Program-made: the position numbers and the translations under genes
Shown here: in pieces, positions 45,907-56,603 of the stretch
Numbering within the stretch: the first letter of the stretch is position 1
How the letters are laid out: every line of letters begins with the position of its first letter
Origin: an uncultured Gammaproteobacteria bacterium
GTDB lineage: Bacteria > Patescibacteriota > Microgenomatia > Levybacterales > GWA1-39-11
Direction of reading: 5' to 3'
Assembly (NCBI GenBank): GCA_964450885.1
Contig: CAYVFE010000001.1
Span: 1,278 to 65,277 of the forward strand
Length of the DNA: 64,000 nucleotides
Notes under the pieces: generated by a model
The model's input: the letters and a program-made list of their open reading frames with translations, nothing else
What the model was told of the DNA's origin: nothing
The model's database searches: none

Positions 45907-47469
45907 ATGACATTAAATTCTTACGCAAAAGTACTTAAAAAAACTTTTGAAAAACCGCACGCAGAGGCAAAGCTCTCTTCATCGACCCTAAATCCTCTCG
46001 TAAGCGAAATGGCATCGTGGTATGAAAGATTTAGAAATTCTATCGAGTACAGAGAAGAGGAAATGATTCTTCGTGCCAGCATCGAGAGGATCCTTAAAAG
46101 AAAACTTGTCCTTGGTCCTGATAAAAATAAGATTGGAGAAGATCTGGTACGGGAGCTTGCTCTTTCAAAGCATATTCCTGAGGAAAGCATCACTCAAGAG
46201 ATAACCAACCGTGTCTCAGAAAGCATAAAACTCCATCTTCGCTTAAAGGAAGTTATCGCTAAACAAAGAGTTGTAAAAGACGGACACCCCAGCTCTTTTA
46301 TACACAATATACTTTCTTCAGATATCGAGAGCATACTCAGTCCTTCAAAGGAACGTGAGACTGTAGAAAATTACATATTTCACATTCTGTCTAAAAATCT
46401 AAAGATAGAAAAAGGTGAAAGCGAAGACGAAAATGCCCAGCTGTATATCGCCATAAAAAAAACGTACTCTAAAAATGATCAGGCACTTCTCGAATATAAT
46501 TTATTCAAGCAATATTTCGGTGAGCTAACAAAGGGAAATTTTGAGAAAACCTCATCTAATTTTCCGGCAGGATACAAGACGATCAAATCTCAACTGGAGC
46601 ATCCGCTAAGATACAAAATCCTCAGCTACGTCAAACGTCAAATTCCGCCCTTTCTGATTCTAGAAGACATCCTGCGGCAGGATTCCTTCAATCTCGACCT
46701 TATCGAAAAAGATGAAGAAAAATTTAATAATCTAGTAGTTGAAACCTGCAAAAGACGTTACCAGACAATCTCTGGAAAAGTTAGACGCGCTATTATAAGA
46801 AGCATTATATTTATTGCCCTATCAAAGGTATTTTTTGCTTTTACCATAGAAGCAACCTATGACAACCTAGTCCATCAAGAGATTTTCTGGGGACCTTTAA
46901 TCGTAAACATCGTAGGACCTATCATAATCATGATAATAGTAAGTCTTCTTATAAAAATACCTGGAGAGAAAAATACGTCAGAGATACTCCGACGAATCCG
47001 CATTCTGATTACCGACAAGGATCCGTCAATCGGCAAACAGCTCACCATAAAAAGTGATGATGACAAGAAGACAAGCGCGCTATATACCTTTTTTACCCTC
47101 CTCTCGCTGACTGGATTTATAGCGATAATTGGACTTATCGTAATGCTTCTTATGCGTTTTCATTTTACCCTCGCAAGTCAGGGGATATTTCTGTTCTTTC
47201 TTTCAGTAGTCTCATTTCTTGCATACAGGATAAACCAAACAGCTCAAATCTATACTGTAGTCGAACGACAAAATTTCCTGACGCCAATAATAGACCTGTT
47301 TTTTATGCCTATCGCACGTCTCGGACGCCATCTGACAGAGGGCATATCCCAAATAAATATTTTCCTCTTTGTCCTCGACTTTCTTATAGAAACTCCCTAC
47401 AAAGGTCTTTTGTCGTTTTTTGAGCAATGGTTTTTCTTTCTTCACTCCAAAAGGGATGAGATGAGCTAG
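45907..47469 (+). CDS. Hypothetical membrane protein (helical N-terminal domain, C-terminal TMs)
   Basis: Long ORF; several TMs after about residue 290. Confidence 0.75.
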   Translation: MTLNSYAKVLKKTFEKPHAEAKLSSSTLNPLVSEMASWYERFRNSIEYREEEMILRASIERILKRKLVLGPDKNKIGEDLVRELALSKHIPEESITQEITNRVSESIKLHLRLKEVIAKQRVVKDGHPSSFIHNILSSDIESILSPSKERETVENYIFHILSKNLKIEKGESEDENAQLYIAIKKTYSKNDQALLEYNLFKQYFGELTKGNFEKTSSNFPAGYKTIKSQLEHPLRYKILSYVKRQIPPFLILEDILRQDSFNLDLIEKDEEKFNNLVVETCKRRYQTISGKVRRAIIRSIIFIALSKVFFAFTIEATYDNLVHQEIFWGPLIVNIVGPIIIMIIVSLLIKIPGEKNTSEILRRIRILITDKDPSIGKQLTIKSDDDKKTSALYTFFTLLSLTGFIAIIGLIVMLLMRFHFTLASQGIFLFFLSVVSFLAYRINQTAQIYTVVERQNFLTPIIDLFFMPIARLGRHLTEGISQINIFLFVLDFLIETPYKGLLSFFEQWFFFLHSKRDEMS

Positions 47470-47690
47470 TATGTAAAAACCTCCAGTAGAACCACGAGCA
47501 AAACTACAAGAGACACAGCCATAGGAATCATCGTCAGAAATCCCAGCACTTTTTTCATAACCAGAGGCAACTTCAATCCAAATTGCTGCTCCACTCTGGT
47601 TATTTGTCCAAAATATATAGCGCTATAGACAGAGATCACTATCAGCAATGTCGATGCGATCAGTTTGAATGTTAGTAGTAATGCGTCCAT
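47466..47690 (-). CDS. Small 2-TM protein
   Basis: Hydrophobic; 2-nt gap from upstream gene. Confidence 0.6.
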   Translation of the reverse strand: MDALLLTFKLIASTLLIVISVYSAIYFGQITRVEQQFGLKLPLVMKKVLGFLTMIPMAVSLVVLLVVLLEVFTY

Positions 47691-47692
47691 AA

Positions 47693-48334
47693 TTATATGA
47701 TTGAACTGTTAACTAAAGGATTGCTTATCCATGATGCTACTCCGCCCTGCTCCTTGTACTTTTGCATCTCGAATGAGTCTGCAAGATGCATCGCTGCCCT
47801 TCTTGGATCTTTTATATTTTCTATAGTAAAGATCTTCTCGTTTGTCGGTCTGTCAAAAGTCATTAGCACTGTACCTACATTCATAATCTCATTAGAAAGA
47901 CCGCTTGCCTTTACGTCCACCTCTGTGCACCTTACCTGATCCAGCAAAACCTCATAGATCACCTTGGAATACATCGGTCTATAGGCAACCTCTACGATCT
48001 TCCTGTTGGTTACTATATAGAAATGAAAGAACCACTCTGCAAGATTCTTTATGAAAATCTCAAGCGAGATGCTAAGCACTATGAGAGCTATAAGCATAAA
48101 TGAAAAAAAGTAAATCGGGGCTATCATAGATGACAGTGAAACAAAAACGGAAACTCCAACTACCAAAAAGACATTAAGGGTAATTGCTGGAAACAGAACA
48201 CTCCAGTGCTGTCGTGTTGAAAAAATAAGATGCTCATCTTGAAGTGTCAGAAACTTCTTCGCGAATCTGTCTCGTAGGTTGCATTTTGCGCCAATCATAT
48301 TCGTATTCCTTTCTGTCGTACTTTGCTCGTTCAT
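47693..48334 (-). CDS. Membrane protein with bacterial PH-like domain
   Basis: RQHW, 2 TM, YIVTNRKIV, NVGTV, IKDP. Confidence 0.75.
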   Translation of the reverse strand: MNEQSTTERNTNMIGAKCNLRDRFAKKFLTLQDEHLIFSTRQHWSVLFPAITLNVFLVVGVSVFVSLSSMIAPIYFFSFMLIALIVLSISLEIFIKNLAEWFFHFYIVTNRKIVEVAYRPMYSKVIYEVLLDQVRCTEVDVKASGLSNEIMNVGTVLMTFDRPTNEKIFTIENIKDPRRAAMHLADSFEMQKYKEQGGVASWISNPLVNSSII

Positions 48335-48373
48335 AAAACCTAATCAAATATATACTCTTTAAAACCACTATGC

Positions 48374-48412
48374 CGTAATGTATATCACGCAAATTCTGTA
48401 ATCCAGATTACA
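48374..48412. promoter_or_regulatory. Two CRP-like palindromic sites
   Basis: CGTAA-N6-TCACG (48374-48389) and TGTAA-N6-TTACA (48397-48412). Confidence 0.6.
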
Positions 48413-48445
48413 AAAACGTAAGAAAACTGTTATAATAACTTTTTA

Positions 48446-49096
48446 GTGATTGGTAGTGATCAAAAGCTAAAAAATTTCTTCAAGCAAGGCAGGCCTCTGC
48501 TCTACAAAAAAAACGAGGTCATACTGAGAGGTGACGAAGCCCCAAGCGGTATTTTTTATCTAAACAAAGGATATGTTAAAAACTATGCATTCTCAGAAAA
48601 TGGCGACGAATTCACTTTTATACTTTATAGGAAAGGAGATTTTTTCCCGATCTCCTGGACATTCAACCAAACGAGAAAGCCCTACTTCATAGAAACCCTA
48701 ACGCAATGCGTTATTTATAAAAGAGACAGAAAAGAATTCCTGGAATTTTTGACAGAAAATCCGGATGTCCTACTATACATAACCGGAAGAATAACCAAAA
48801 GATTTGATGGATTACTTGTACGCATGGAACATATGGCATTTGGAAATGCTTACAAAAAAGTCTGCTCCATCCTGTACATCCTTACAGAAAGATTTGGTAA
48901 AGAAAGAAACGGGAACGACGTAATAATAGATATGCCCCTTACACATAAGGACATCGCAAACCTGCTGGGAGTTGCCAGAGAGACTGTAAGTGTTGAGATC
49001 GCAAAACTCAAGAAAGAAAGGATCATAAAAAATGTCGGAAAACATATATACATACTCGATCTGAAAAGCTTAAAGAAAGACTCTCTCATTACTTAG
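48446..49096 (+). CDS. Crp/Fnr family transcriptional regulator
   Basis: cNMP-binding-fold N-terminus; LTHKDIANLLGVARETVS HTH. Confidence 0.92.
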   Translation: MIGSDQKLKNFFKQGRPLLYKKNEVILRGDEAPSGIFYLNKGYVKNYAFSENGDEFTFILYRKGDFFPISWTFNQTRKPYFIETLTQCVIYKRDRKEFLEFLTENPDVLLYITGRITKRFDGLLVRMEHMAFGNAYKKVCSILYILTERFGKERNGNDVIIDMPLTHKDIANLLGVARETVSVEIAKLKKERIIKNVGKHIYILDLKSLKKDSLIT

Positions 49097-49201
49097 TCGT
49101 CAAGGCTTTCATTACTTTACGCTATGTATTATCATAGAAATGTTCCGTTCTAAATTAGCGCTTTATAATAGTAAGAATTGAAATTTATTTGAATAAAGAT
49201 T

Positions 49202-49621
49202 ATGAACAAGGCAAAAAATGAAATAACAATTTACACTGATGGAGGCTCGCGCGGTAATCCTGGGGATGCTGCTTACGGATTCGTTGTCTATCAGGATGGT
49301 AGAAAAATCTACTCAGAAGGAAAGTATCTAGGAATCCAGACCAACAACTATGCTGAGTATATGGCCGTTATAAGGTCTTTTGAGTGGGTAAAAGAAAATC
49401 TCGGGGAAGACACTTTTATAGATCTCTACTGTGATTCACTGCTTGTTGCGTCACAGCTTACGGGAAAGTTTAAGGTAAAACATCCCTCTATCCTTCTTTT
49501 AGTTAAAAAGGCAAAAGGGCTTGAGAGTTATTTTACAGAAGTAAAGTATACACACGTATTGCGCGAGCATAATAAAGAAGCGGACAAAATGGTAAATATA
49601 GCACTCGATCAAAGACAGTAA
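49202..49621 (+). CDS. rnhA: Ribonuclease HI family protein
   Basis: YTDGGSRGNPG, TNNYAEY, DSLLV, HVLREHNKEAD. Confidence 0.9.
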   Translation: MNKAKNEITIYTDGGSRGNPGDAAYGFVVYQDGRKIYSEGKYLGIQTNNYAEYMAVIRSFEWVKENLGEDTFIDLYCDSLLVASQLTGKFKVKHPSILLLVKKAKGLESYFTEVKYTHVLREHNKEADKMVNIALDQRQ

Positions 49622-49684
49622 CTATTACCGCATAGGTTCATTTTTACTCGACAATCTCTTCTTTATTTCATACAATAATCAGGT

Positions 49685-52348
49685 ATGGGAAAACTGCTCA
49701 ATGAAGAAATTAACGATTCCAAAAAACCGTTATTTCTTATCTATACAAATAACGTCGATCTTCAACTACTCTTCCTGAAAGAATTTTCCCATAAATTATC
49801 CTTGCTTTTCGTGAGTGACAACACCCCACCTAACGAAGATACCGAATCTTATCATGTCAAAATATCAGACCTAAATCTTCTTCCGCATCTTGAGGAAAAA
49901 ATCGACTATGCGCTAGTTATGCTCACGAATCAAAAGGATAAAAACGGAATGAATCACCTGATCGAAAAGATCAAAAAAGATGAAACAAAATCTGCGTTTA
50001 TAATCCCCGCAAGCGCCTATTCTGAGTTCATAGATGTGCTGCTGGAAGTAAAAGGGGAAAACAATATTATTCCCGCAATATACGGTGACATCTTAGAGAC
50101 TGAGACTTCACAAAGTGAACTTTTAAAAATTATTCGAATGGCGCTGGGCAATGAAAAGATTAAGCTGTCCGGAAATGATCTTGCTCCGGTCTTTCCTATC
50201 TCCAGATCCGACTTTATAACTTGCGTGAAACAGCTTTTGTTCTCCAACAAATCAAACTCTTTATACTATATTTTCTATAAAGAGCCGCAAACACTACTTG
50301 CTGCGATCCATTACCTTGCCAGGATCGAGCCGGAAATAAAATTTGATCTAAACCACGAAAAGCCGGTTGAAAGATATGAGGAAAGAAGCTCGATGGATCA
50401 GACTCTTCATGACAAGTTAAATCTACCCATACATTATCTGGATAGTCATCTAAAAGGCTTCACTTATGCTGTCGAACATCTGAGAACAAAGCCGAAAAAG
50501 ACGTATATGGAAAATCGGCCTACAAAAGCAAAAAGCAGGATTAGCCTTCCAAAAGTTGGTGTATTCAAATTTAGCCCCTCCGTTTCGCTAGCTCTTTTTT
50601 CATCATTGTTATTTTTTCTATTCTTGAATATAACTGCTGGAATTCTTGGTGTAATTCTTTTAAAAGGGTCGATAACAGCATTTGAAAGCAATGACTTTGC
50701 AAAAGCAAGGGAAAAGGGGATAATGGCAAAGAATATCCTCTCCCTTCCACTTCCTACTCTAAATGTTGCACAAAGCGCGATCTCATACATTCCATTTATG
50801 GACAGCACGCATAAGACTCTTGACCTAATAACAAACACTGCAGATCTTACAGCAGTCGCATCAGTTCTCATAGAAAAACTCGATAATGCCGAAAATGGTT
50901 TTGATAAGAAAGATTTTGAGAAAATAATGCTTGACGCACAATATCTCTACCACGAAGGATCCAGGATCTTGCTTAGTCAAGACAATAGGGCAGTCATGAA
51001 TCTATTAAAACCACAAACGACAAAATCTCTCAGTATCATGCCTATCCTCCCAACGCTTCTGGGTTATGACTCGGAAAAGGAATATCTGATCCTATTTATA
51101 AATAACGCCGAGTTGAGACCTACGGGTGGATTTATAGGATCTGTAGGAAAACTGATTGTTGAGAATGGGAAGGTAAAAGAATTTGCTATACAGGATGTGT
51201 ACGACCTCGATGGCCAACTCACACACCATATCGAACCACATTACGTTATTAGACGGTATCTGCAACCACACCTTTATCTAAGAGACAGTAACTTTGACCT
51301 AGATTTCCAAAGGTCAGCAAGTATGTCAGCATTTCTGTACAATCTGGAATCAAAAAATACCCCAGATGGGGTAGTGGCTGTCGACTATAATATGGTAGAA
51401 AAGATCCTTGAGATAACTGGTCCCATAGAACTACCTGATTATAAAAAAACTATCACATCCGAAGATAGTCAGGAATTCCTGCAAGACACGATAGAGAAGG
51501 ATTTTTTCCCAGGATCTACGCAGAAAAAAGACGTTTTGAATGAACTATTTAGAAGAATCACTTTGGAGCTTGAGAAAAAACCAGAACATCTGGTAAGCAT
51601 CGGGCTTGCACTTCCGCAGCTGCTCGAACAAAAACATATACTTCTTGCCTATCAGAACCAAGATATTCAATCACTACTGTCGGCACTTAATTTTGGAGGA
51701 AATATACCAGTCTCAAATGCCGAAAATAGCAACACGATGTACGACACAATAGGTTTCAACGAAGCAAACATCGGTGTTAACAAGGTAAATAAAAATGTCT
51801 CAAGGAGTATCTCATATGAAGCAGACCTTTCATCACGTCTATCAAAAGCGCAGATATCCATAAGAAACGAAAGCACGACTGATGACTACAAGACCTATCT
51901 TCGACTTATTGTCCCAAGAAATAGTATCCTGCGCAATGTGCGTATCGACGGAGAGGAGGTCGAAACCATAGACGCCGTAACCGATTTTAGGCTTTATGAA
52001 GCCGACAATTTCTCCCCTGATCCCAATGTGCTGGAGATAGACAAAGTGGATGACTATTTCAAAACTATCTTTGGAACTGTTATAACGATAGGCAAAGGTG
52101 AAATAAAAACAATAGAATTTGAATATACGAACCCAGTGCTTTCAATCAGCGACAAAAAAGACGCCTATGAATTGCATGTAATCAAACAGCCGGGAACTCA
52201 GACAGCACCTGTATACACAAGTATTCTTTTTCCTGACGACTTTAACGCTGCGGGAGAAGACATAAACTCTTTTGGTTCAGGGAATGTTAAAATAGAGGAT
52301 AATCTTTTAACAGACTTAAATTACGAAATAAAATTCAGCAAGGACTAA
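49685..52348 (+). CDS. DUF4012-like membrane-anchored protein
   Basis: Central TM; NNAELRPTGGFIGS, LRDSNFDLDF, KQPG. Confidence 0.8.
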   Translation: MGKLLNEEINDSKKPLFLIYTNNVDLQLLFLKEFSHKLSLLFVSDNTPPNEDTESYHVKISDLNLLPHLEEKIDYALVMLTNQKDKNGMNHLIEKIKKDETKSAFIIPASAYSEFIDVLLEVKGENNIIPAIYGDILETETSQSELLKIIRMALGNEKIKLSGNDLAPVFPISRSDFITCVKQLLFSNKSNSLYYIFYKEPQTLLAAIHYLARIEPEIKFDLNHEKPVERYEERSSMDQTLHDKLNLPIHYLDSHLKGFTYAVEHLRTKPKKTYMENRPTKAKSRISLPKVGVFKFSPSVSLALFSSLLFFLFLNITAGILGVILLKGSITAFESNDFAKAREKGIMAKNILSLPLPTLNVAQSAISYIPFMDSTHKTLDLITNTADLTAVASVLIEKLDNAENGFDKKDFEKIMLDAQYLYHEGSRILLSQDNRAVMNLLKPQTTKSLSIMPILPTLLGYDSEKEYLILFINNAELRPTGGFIGSVGKLIVENGKVKEFAIQDVYDLDGQLTHHIEPHYVIRRYLQPHLYLRDSNFDLDFQRSASMSAFLYNLESKNTPDGVVAVDYNMVEKILEITGPIELPDYKKTITSEDSQEFLQDTIEKDFFPGSTQKKDVLNELFRRITLELEKKPEHLVSIGLALPQLLEQKHILLAYQNQDIQSLLSALNFGGNIPVSNAENSNTMYDTIGFNEANIGVNKVNKNVSRSISYEADLSSRLSKAQISIRNESTTDDYKTYLRLIVPRNSILRNVRIDGEEVETIDAVTDFRLYEADNFSPDPNVLEIDKVDDYFKTIFGTVITIGKGEIKTIEFEYTNPVLSISDKKDAYELHVIKQPGTQTAPVYTSILFPDDFNAAGEDINSFGSGNVKIEDNLLTDLNYEIKFSKD

Positions 52349-52349
52349 T

Positions 52350-53090
52350 ATGGCATATAACGAAAAAACTTTTAAAGACCACGTAGAAAAAGAACACAAA
52401 CAATCAAAGATCTCTGAGTATCTAAGAGAAATAGTATACGGCGGAAGTGATGGAATTGTGACAACGTTTGCGGTAGTTGCTGGATTTGCGGGAGCTCAAA
52501 GCAGTGGGGTAGCACAGTATTCAATTATGGTTGTTCTGCTTTTTGGGCTGGCAAATCTTTTTGCTGATGCCAGCTCTATGGGACTGGGGAACATTCTCTC
52601 GATTCTTGCAGATAAGGATGTATATAGGACACATAGAAAGAAGGAACTTTCTGAGATAAGAAATAATAGACAACGTGAAATTGAAGAGACATTATACATC
52701 CTGCAATCAAAAGGATACAGCAAAGAAGATGCAGCAAAAATGGCTGAGCTGTACTCGAAAAACGAACAATACTGGACTGATTTTATGATGCAATATGAGC
52801 TTGAGCTACCAAACCCAGAACAGGAGAATCCGATATCCGCAGGACTGTCAACATTTTTTTCCTTTCTTTTCTTCGGTGCGATCCCACTTTTGCCATACAT
52901 AATTTTCGGACTTAGAGAGAATACTTTTGTCATTTCCATCATATTTACACTATGTGCGCTCATTCTTTTGGGATTCGTCAGGTGGAAGGTTACTGCCCAA
53001 AAATTACTCCGATCAGTTACCGAGATAGTTTTGATAGGAGGTCTGTCTGCAGTGATAGCATATGTAGTTGGAACCTTTTTTAGGACTTAG
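52350..53090 (+). CDS. VIT1/CCC1 family Fe/Mn transporter
   Basis: VYGGSDGIVTTFAVVAG, ADASSMGLG, GAIPLLPY. Confidence 0.9.
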   Translation: MAYNEKTFKDHVEKEHKQSKISEYLREIVYGGSDGIVTTFAVVAGFAGAQSSGVAQYSIMVVLLFGLANLFADASSMGLGNILSILADKDVYRTHRKKELSEIRNNRQREIEETLYILQSKGYSKEDAAKMAELYSKNEQYWTDFMMQYELELPNPEQENPISAGLSTFFSFLFFGAIPLLPYIIFGLRENTFVISIIFTLCALILLGFVRWKVTAQKLLRSVTEIVLIGGLSAVIAYVVGTFFRT

Positions 53091-53135
53091 ACGGATTTGC
53101 TATAATATCAAAACTCTTAAATTGCCAAACCCCAT

Positions 53136-55331
53136 ATGAAACAAGACAAAAAGCCGAAAAGAAAAATTGGAAGATTTTTCCTAAGCAAAAAATTCAGGTT
53201 CATAGTGATGCCAATCTTCCTACTCATGATAATAGGATTTGCTGTTTTTCTGTACCTATTCGTCCTCAAAGATATTCCTCAGGCAACACAGTTAGGCTCA
53301 AGTTCGCGGCCACAATCAAGCAAGATCTTCGACCGCAATGGGGAGCTCTTATATACCATGTATACTGGTCGTAACCAGTCATTCACCCCTCTTTCCAGTA
53401 TTCCAAAATATCTCCAACAGGCGACCATCGCGATAGAGGACAGAAATTTCTATCAACATGGTGCAATCGATATACAGGGAATAATTAGAGCAGCTTGGGT
53501 AAATCTACGCGAGGAAAGGGTAGAGGGAGGATCCACACTTACACAGCAGCTGGTAAAAAGCTCTCTTCTGACACCAGAGCGGACCATTCAACGAAAAATA
53601 AAGGAGATAACTCTTTCTTTTATAGTAGAAGCGATATATTCAAAAAATAAAATTCTAGAGATGTATTTGAATCAAGTCGCGTATGGTGGTACTGCATACG
53701 GAGTTGACGCGGCAAGTCAGGTTTACTTTGACAAGAAAGTCTCAGACCTAACACTTGCAGAATCTGCATTTCTAGCAGGACTACCTCAAGCTCCCTCTAG
53801 ATACTCTCCCTTTGGATCTAACCCAGAAGAAGGGAAGGAAAGGCAAAAAAGAGTCCTTGAGGCGATGCACGACGAAGGATATATTACAGAAAATGAGATG
53901 AAAGAGGCTCTTGAAGAAGGCCTTGAATTCTCAGCAATTAGAGACGAAATTAAAGCTCCTCACTTTGTTTTTTATGTTAAGGATTACCTGACTGAAAAAT
54001 ATGGATCTGACATGGTCGAGCGTGGAGGACTAAATATCACAACGACACTAGACCTGACGACACAAAAAATCGTCGATGACGCAATAGCAACCGAAGGCGC
54101 CACACTTTCTGAAAATAACTGGTATAACGCAGCGTCTGTAGTAGCAAAACCTATGACCGGAGAAATCCTTGCGATGGCAGGGAGCAGGAACTATTTTGAT
54201 AGCGAGCACGATGGAAATGTAAATGTAGCAATAGCAAAACGGCAACCCGGCTCCTCGATAAAGCCCATAAACTTTGCCACAGGACTTATAAATGGGTATA
54301 CTGCTGCAACTCCATTTGTTGATAAACGGATCTGCTTCCCGAACCCTGGTGGCACACCGTATTGCCCTAAAAATTATGATAATTCATTTCATGGAGTAGT
54401 GCAGATGCGTGAAGCTCTGGCGAATTCATATAATATTCCTGCTGTTAAGATGCTCAAGCTCAACACCGTTGAAAGCATGATAGAAACGGCCGAAAAGATG
54501 GGAATAAGTTCATTTACAGACGAACCTGAGAGGTACGGTCTTTCCCTGACACTGGGAGGAGGAGAAGTAACCATGCTTCAGATGACTGAGGCCTTCTCCG
54601 TATTTGCAAATAGCGGCTATCGTGTTCCGCTACAGCCGATCCTCAAAATCGTAAAGTCGGATGGCGAAATATTGGAAGAATATAATCCTCCCACAAGCGT
54701 TCTTGCTGGAAAAAAGGTTATTCCTGAAGGCGTTGCGTTCATAATCTCCCATATTCTGCAGGATAACGTCGCAAGAACCCCAGCATTCGGAGCAAATTCG
54801 CCACTAAGAATTCCTGACTATCCTGTGTCTGTAAAGACTGGAACAACTAACGACTACAGAGACAACTGGACTATTGGATATACCCCGTCATTTATTACCG
54901 CTGTGTGGGTAGGTAACAACGACAACACCCCATTAAGAGGCGTAACCTCAGGTATAACAGGCGCTGCGCCTATCTGGAACGATATAATGACCATGCTCCT
55001 TGAGGGATCCGATCCTGAAGAGCTAAAGCAGCCCGAAAGCGTCATAGGGGCGACAATATGCTCTGATTCGGGACTCAGACCCCAAGCTGCAGGATCACCA
55101 TACGTCTGTCCGACCAAATATGAGTACTTCATAGAAGACACAGTACCCAAGGCGGTCGATACGGGGCTTACTAAAATCTTCGTGAATAAAGAGACAAATA
55201 CATTAGCGGCAGAGGGTGAAACTGAGAATATCGAAGAGCGTGACGGAAAAATAGTAAAGGATGCTACAGGAGACACCTACTGCACCACGTGTGCACCCCC
55301 ACAGTCTTCAGAACCTACGCCGACTCCATAG
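53136..55331 (+). CDS. Class A penicillin-binding protein (PBP1A family)
   Basis: EDRNFY, GGSTLTQQ, RKIKE; SSIK, SYN, KTGT. Confidence 0.93.
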   Translation: MKQDKKPKRKIGRFFLSKKFRFIVMPIFLLMIIGFAVFLYLFVLKDIPQATQLGSSSRPQSSKIFDRNGELLYTMYTGRNQSFTPLSSIPKYLQQATIAIEDRNFYQHGAIDIQGIIRAAWVNLREERVEGGSTLTQQLVKSSLLTPERTIQRKIKEITLSFIVEAIYSKNKILEMYLNQVAYGGTAYGVDAASQVYFDKKVSDLTLAESAFLAGLPQAPSRYSPFGSNPEEGKERQKRVLEAMHDEGYITENEMKEALEEGLEFSAIRDEIKAPHFVFYVKDYLTEKYGSDMVERGGLNITTTLDLTTQKIVDDAIATEGATLSENNWYNAASVVAKPMTGEILAMAGSRNYFDSEHDGNVNVAIAKRQPGSSIKPINFATGLINGYTAATPFVDKRICFPNPGGTPYCPKNYDNSFHGVVQMREALANSYNIPAVKMLKLNTVESMIETAEKMGISSFTDEPERYGLSLTLGGGEVTMLQMTEAFSVFANSGYRVPLQPILKIVKSDGEILEEYNPPTSVLAGKKVIPEGVAFIISHILQDNVARTPAFGANSPLRIPDYPVSVKTGTTNDYRDNWTIGYTPSFITAVWVGNNDNTPLRGVTSGITGAAPIWNDIMTMLLEGSDPEELKQPESVIGATICSDSGLRPQAAGSPYVCPTKYEYFIEDTVPKAVDTGLTKIFVNKETNTLAAEGETENIEERDGKIVKDATGDTYCTTCAPPQSSEPTPTP

Positions 55332-56586
55332 ATTCATTAAATAATAATCCTAATACGAAAGCGGTCATCATCATTCCCTGTTGAAGGGTGACCGAAAAAT
55401 GATCAAACAGCCCAACTACCGCAATCTCCAAAGACAACAAGGCGACAATAACGAGCGGAAAACCTGCCTTTTGTATATTGTGATTTACTCTATATAAAAC
55501 TTTAGATAAGAAAACGGCTATTGCTACAGCACCAAAAATTCCCACCTGAAGCAACATTTGTAAATAAATATTATGTACCGGTTGAAATCTTGCATATATG
55601 GGTAAATTGTCAGCAGAAAGACTGTAAAATGTGTTGTTGAGCCCAACTCCAAAAAGTATATTTTCTTTAAATAAAAGCAGGGCCACTTCGACCATTTTCA
55701 TTCTAATTACGAAAGCATCTATAACAGGACCCAAAGTCAAAAATCTCCCCGAAAAAAATAGCAGATAAGCTGGCAGGAGGACTGCAAGTAGCGATATTGC
55801 ATAAATAAGATGCTTTCTTGTCCTGATAAATGCAAAAAGAGATAGTAAAACTGTCAGAAAAATTATTACTCTGGATACCGTAGACAAAAGCCCAAGAAAA
55901 ATTATGACCGAGGCAAATGAATAGACGTAGGATCTTATAGAAGACTTCGTACTAAAGATAAAATAAACAGAAAAAAGCAATGCTATTGATAGGAACATCG
56001 CCAAAACATTGGGGTGAGGAAAGGTTCCATAGGGTCTCAAAAGCTCCTGCCCCGAACTAAAGAAAGTTGATATACCGATGGTACTAACATCAAAAGACCT
56101 TTCACCTAAAAAGTACACTGGGCCACCGATCGATTTTTGCAAAATGAACTGGAAAGTAGCAATAGCAGACTGGATAATTGCCGCTACAATTAATACGTCC
56201 AGAATTTTATAAAACTTATCGTGTTTAAATTCATAACTAAAAATTCCCCATCCAAAAAGAATCATCTCTACCACCTTTAGACTCCAATAGATTGACCCCT
56301 CGAAACTTTGAGCTAAAAAAGAAGACACAAGTATCAATATTAAAAAGAGCGGGAGAACAAAGCTTTTTGAGAAGAATACGATCAGTGACCTAGGAGAGAT
56401 CAGGATACGTAAAATTATGAAGATGAAAATGAATATATCGCTGAGGTAAAGAGTAGGAGATAGATAATCAAGTCTGATTCCGTTTATGAATGAAAACTCT
56501 GGCCAGAAATGCTTACCCAGCTGAATACTGATCGAAAAAATTACTAAGTAGAATAATATGCCCTCAAGCCTTTTAAGATATAGCAT
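55315..56586 (-). CDS. O-antigen ligase/Wzy_C-like membrane protein
   Basis: Polytopic; RPYGTFPHPN, GVGLN, PVHNIYL..G. Confidence 0.8.
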   Translation of the reverse strand: MLYLKRLEGILFYLVIFSISIQLGKHFWPEFSFINGIRLDYLSPTLYLSDIFIFIFIILRILISPRSLIVFFSKSFVLPLFLILILVSSFLAQSFEGSIYWSLKVVEMILFGWGIFSYEFKHDKFYKILDVLIVAAIIQSAIATFQFILQKSIGGPVYFLGERSFDVSTIGISTFFSSGQELLRPYGTFPHPNVLAMFLSIALLFSVYFIFSTKSSIRSYVYSFASVIIFLGLLSTVSRVIIFLTVLLSLFAFIRTRKHLIYAISLLAVLLPAYLLFFSGRFLTLGPVIDAFVIRMKMVEVALLLFKENILFGVGLNNTFYSLSADNLPIYARFQPVHNIYLQMLLQVGIFGAVAIAVFLSKVLYRVNHNIQKAGFPLVIVALLSLEIAVVGLFDHFSVTLQQGMMMTAFVLGLLFNESMESA

Positions 56587-56603
56587 GAGAAAGTGGGGCA
56601 GCT

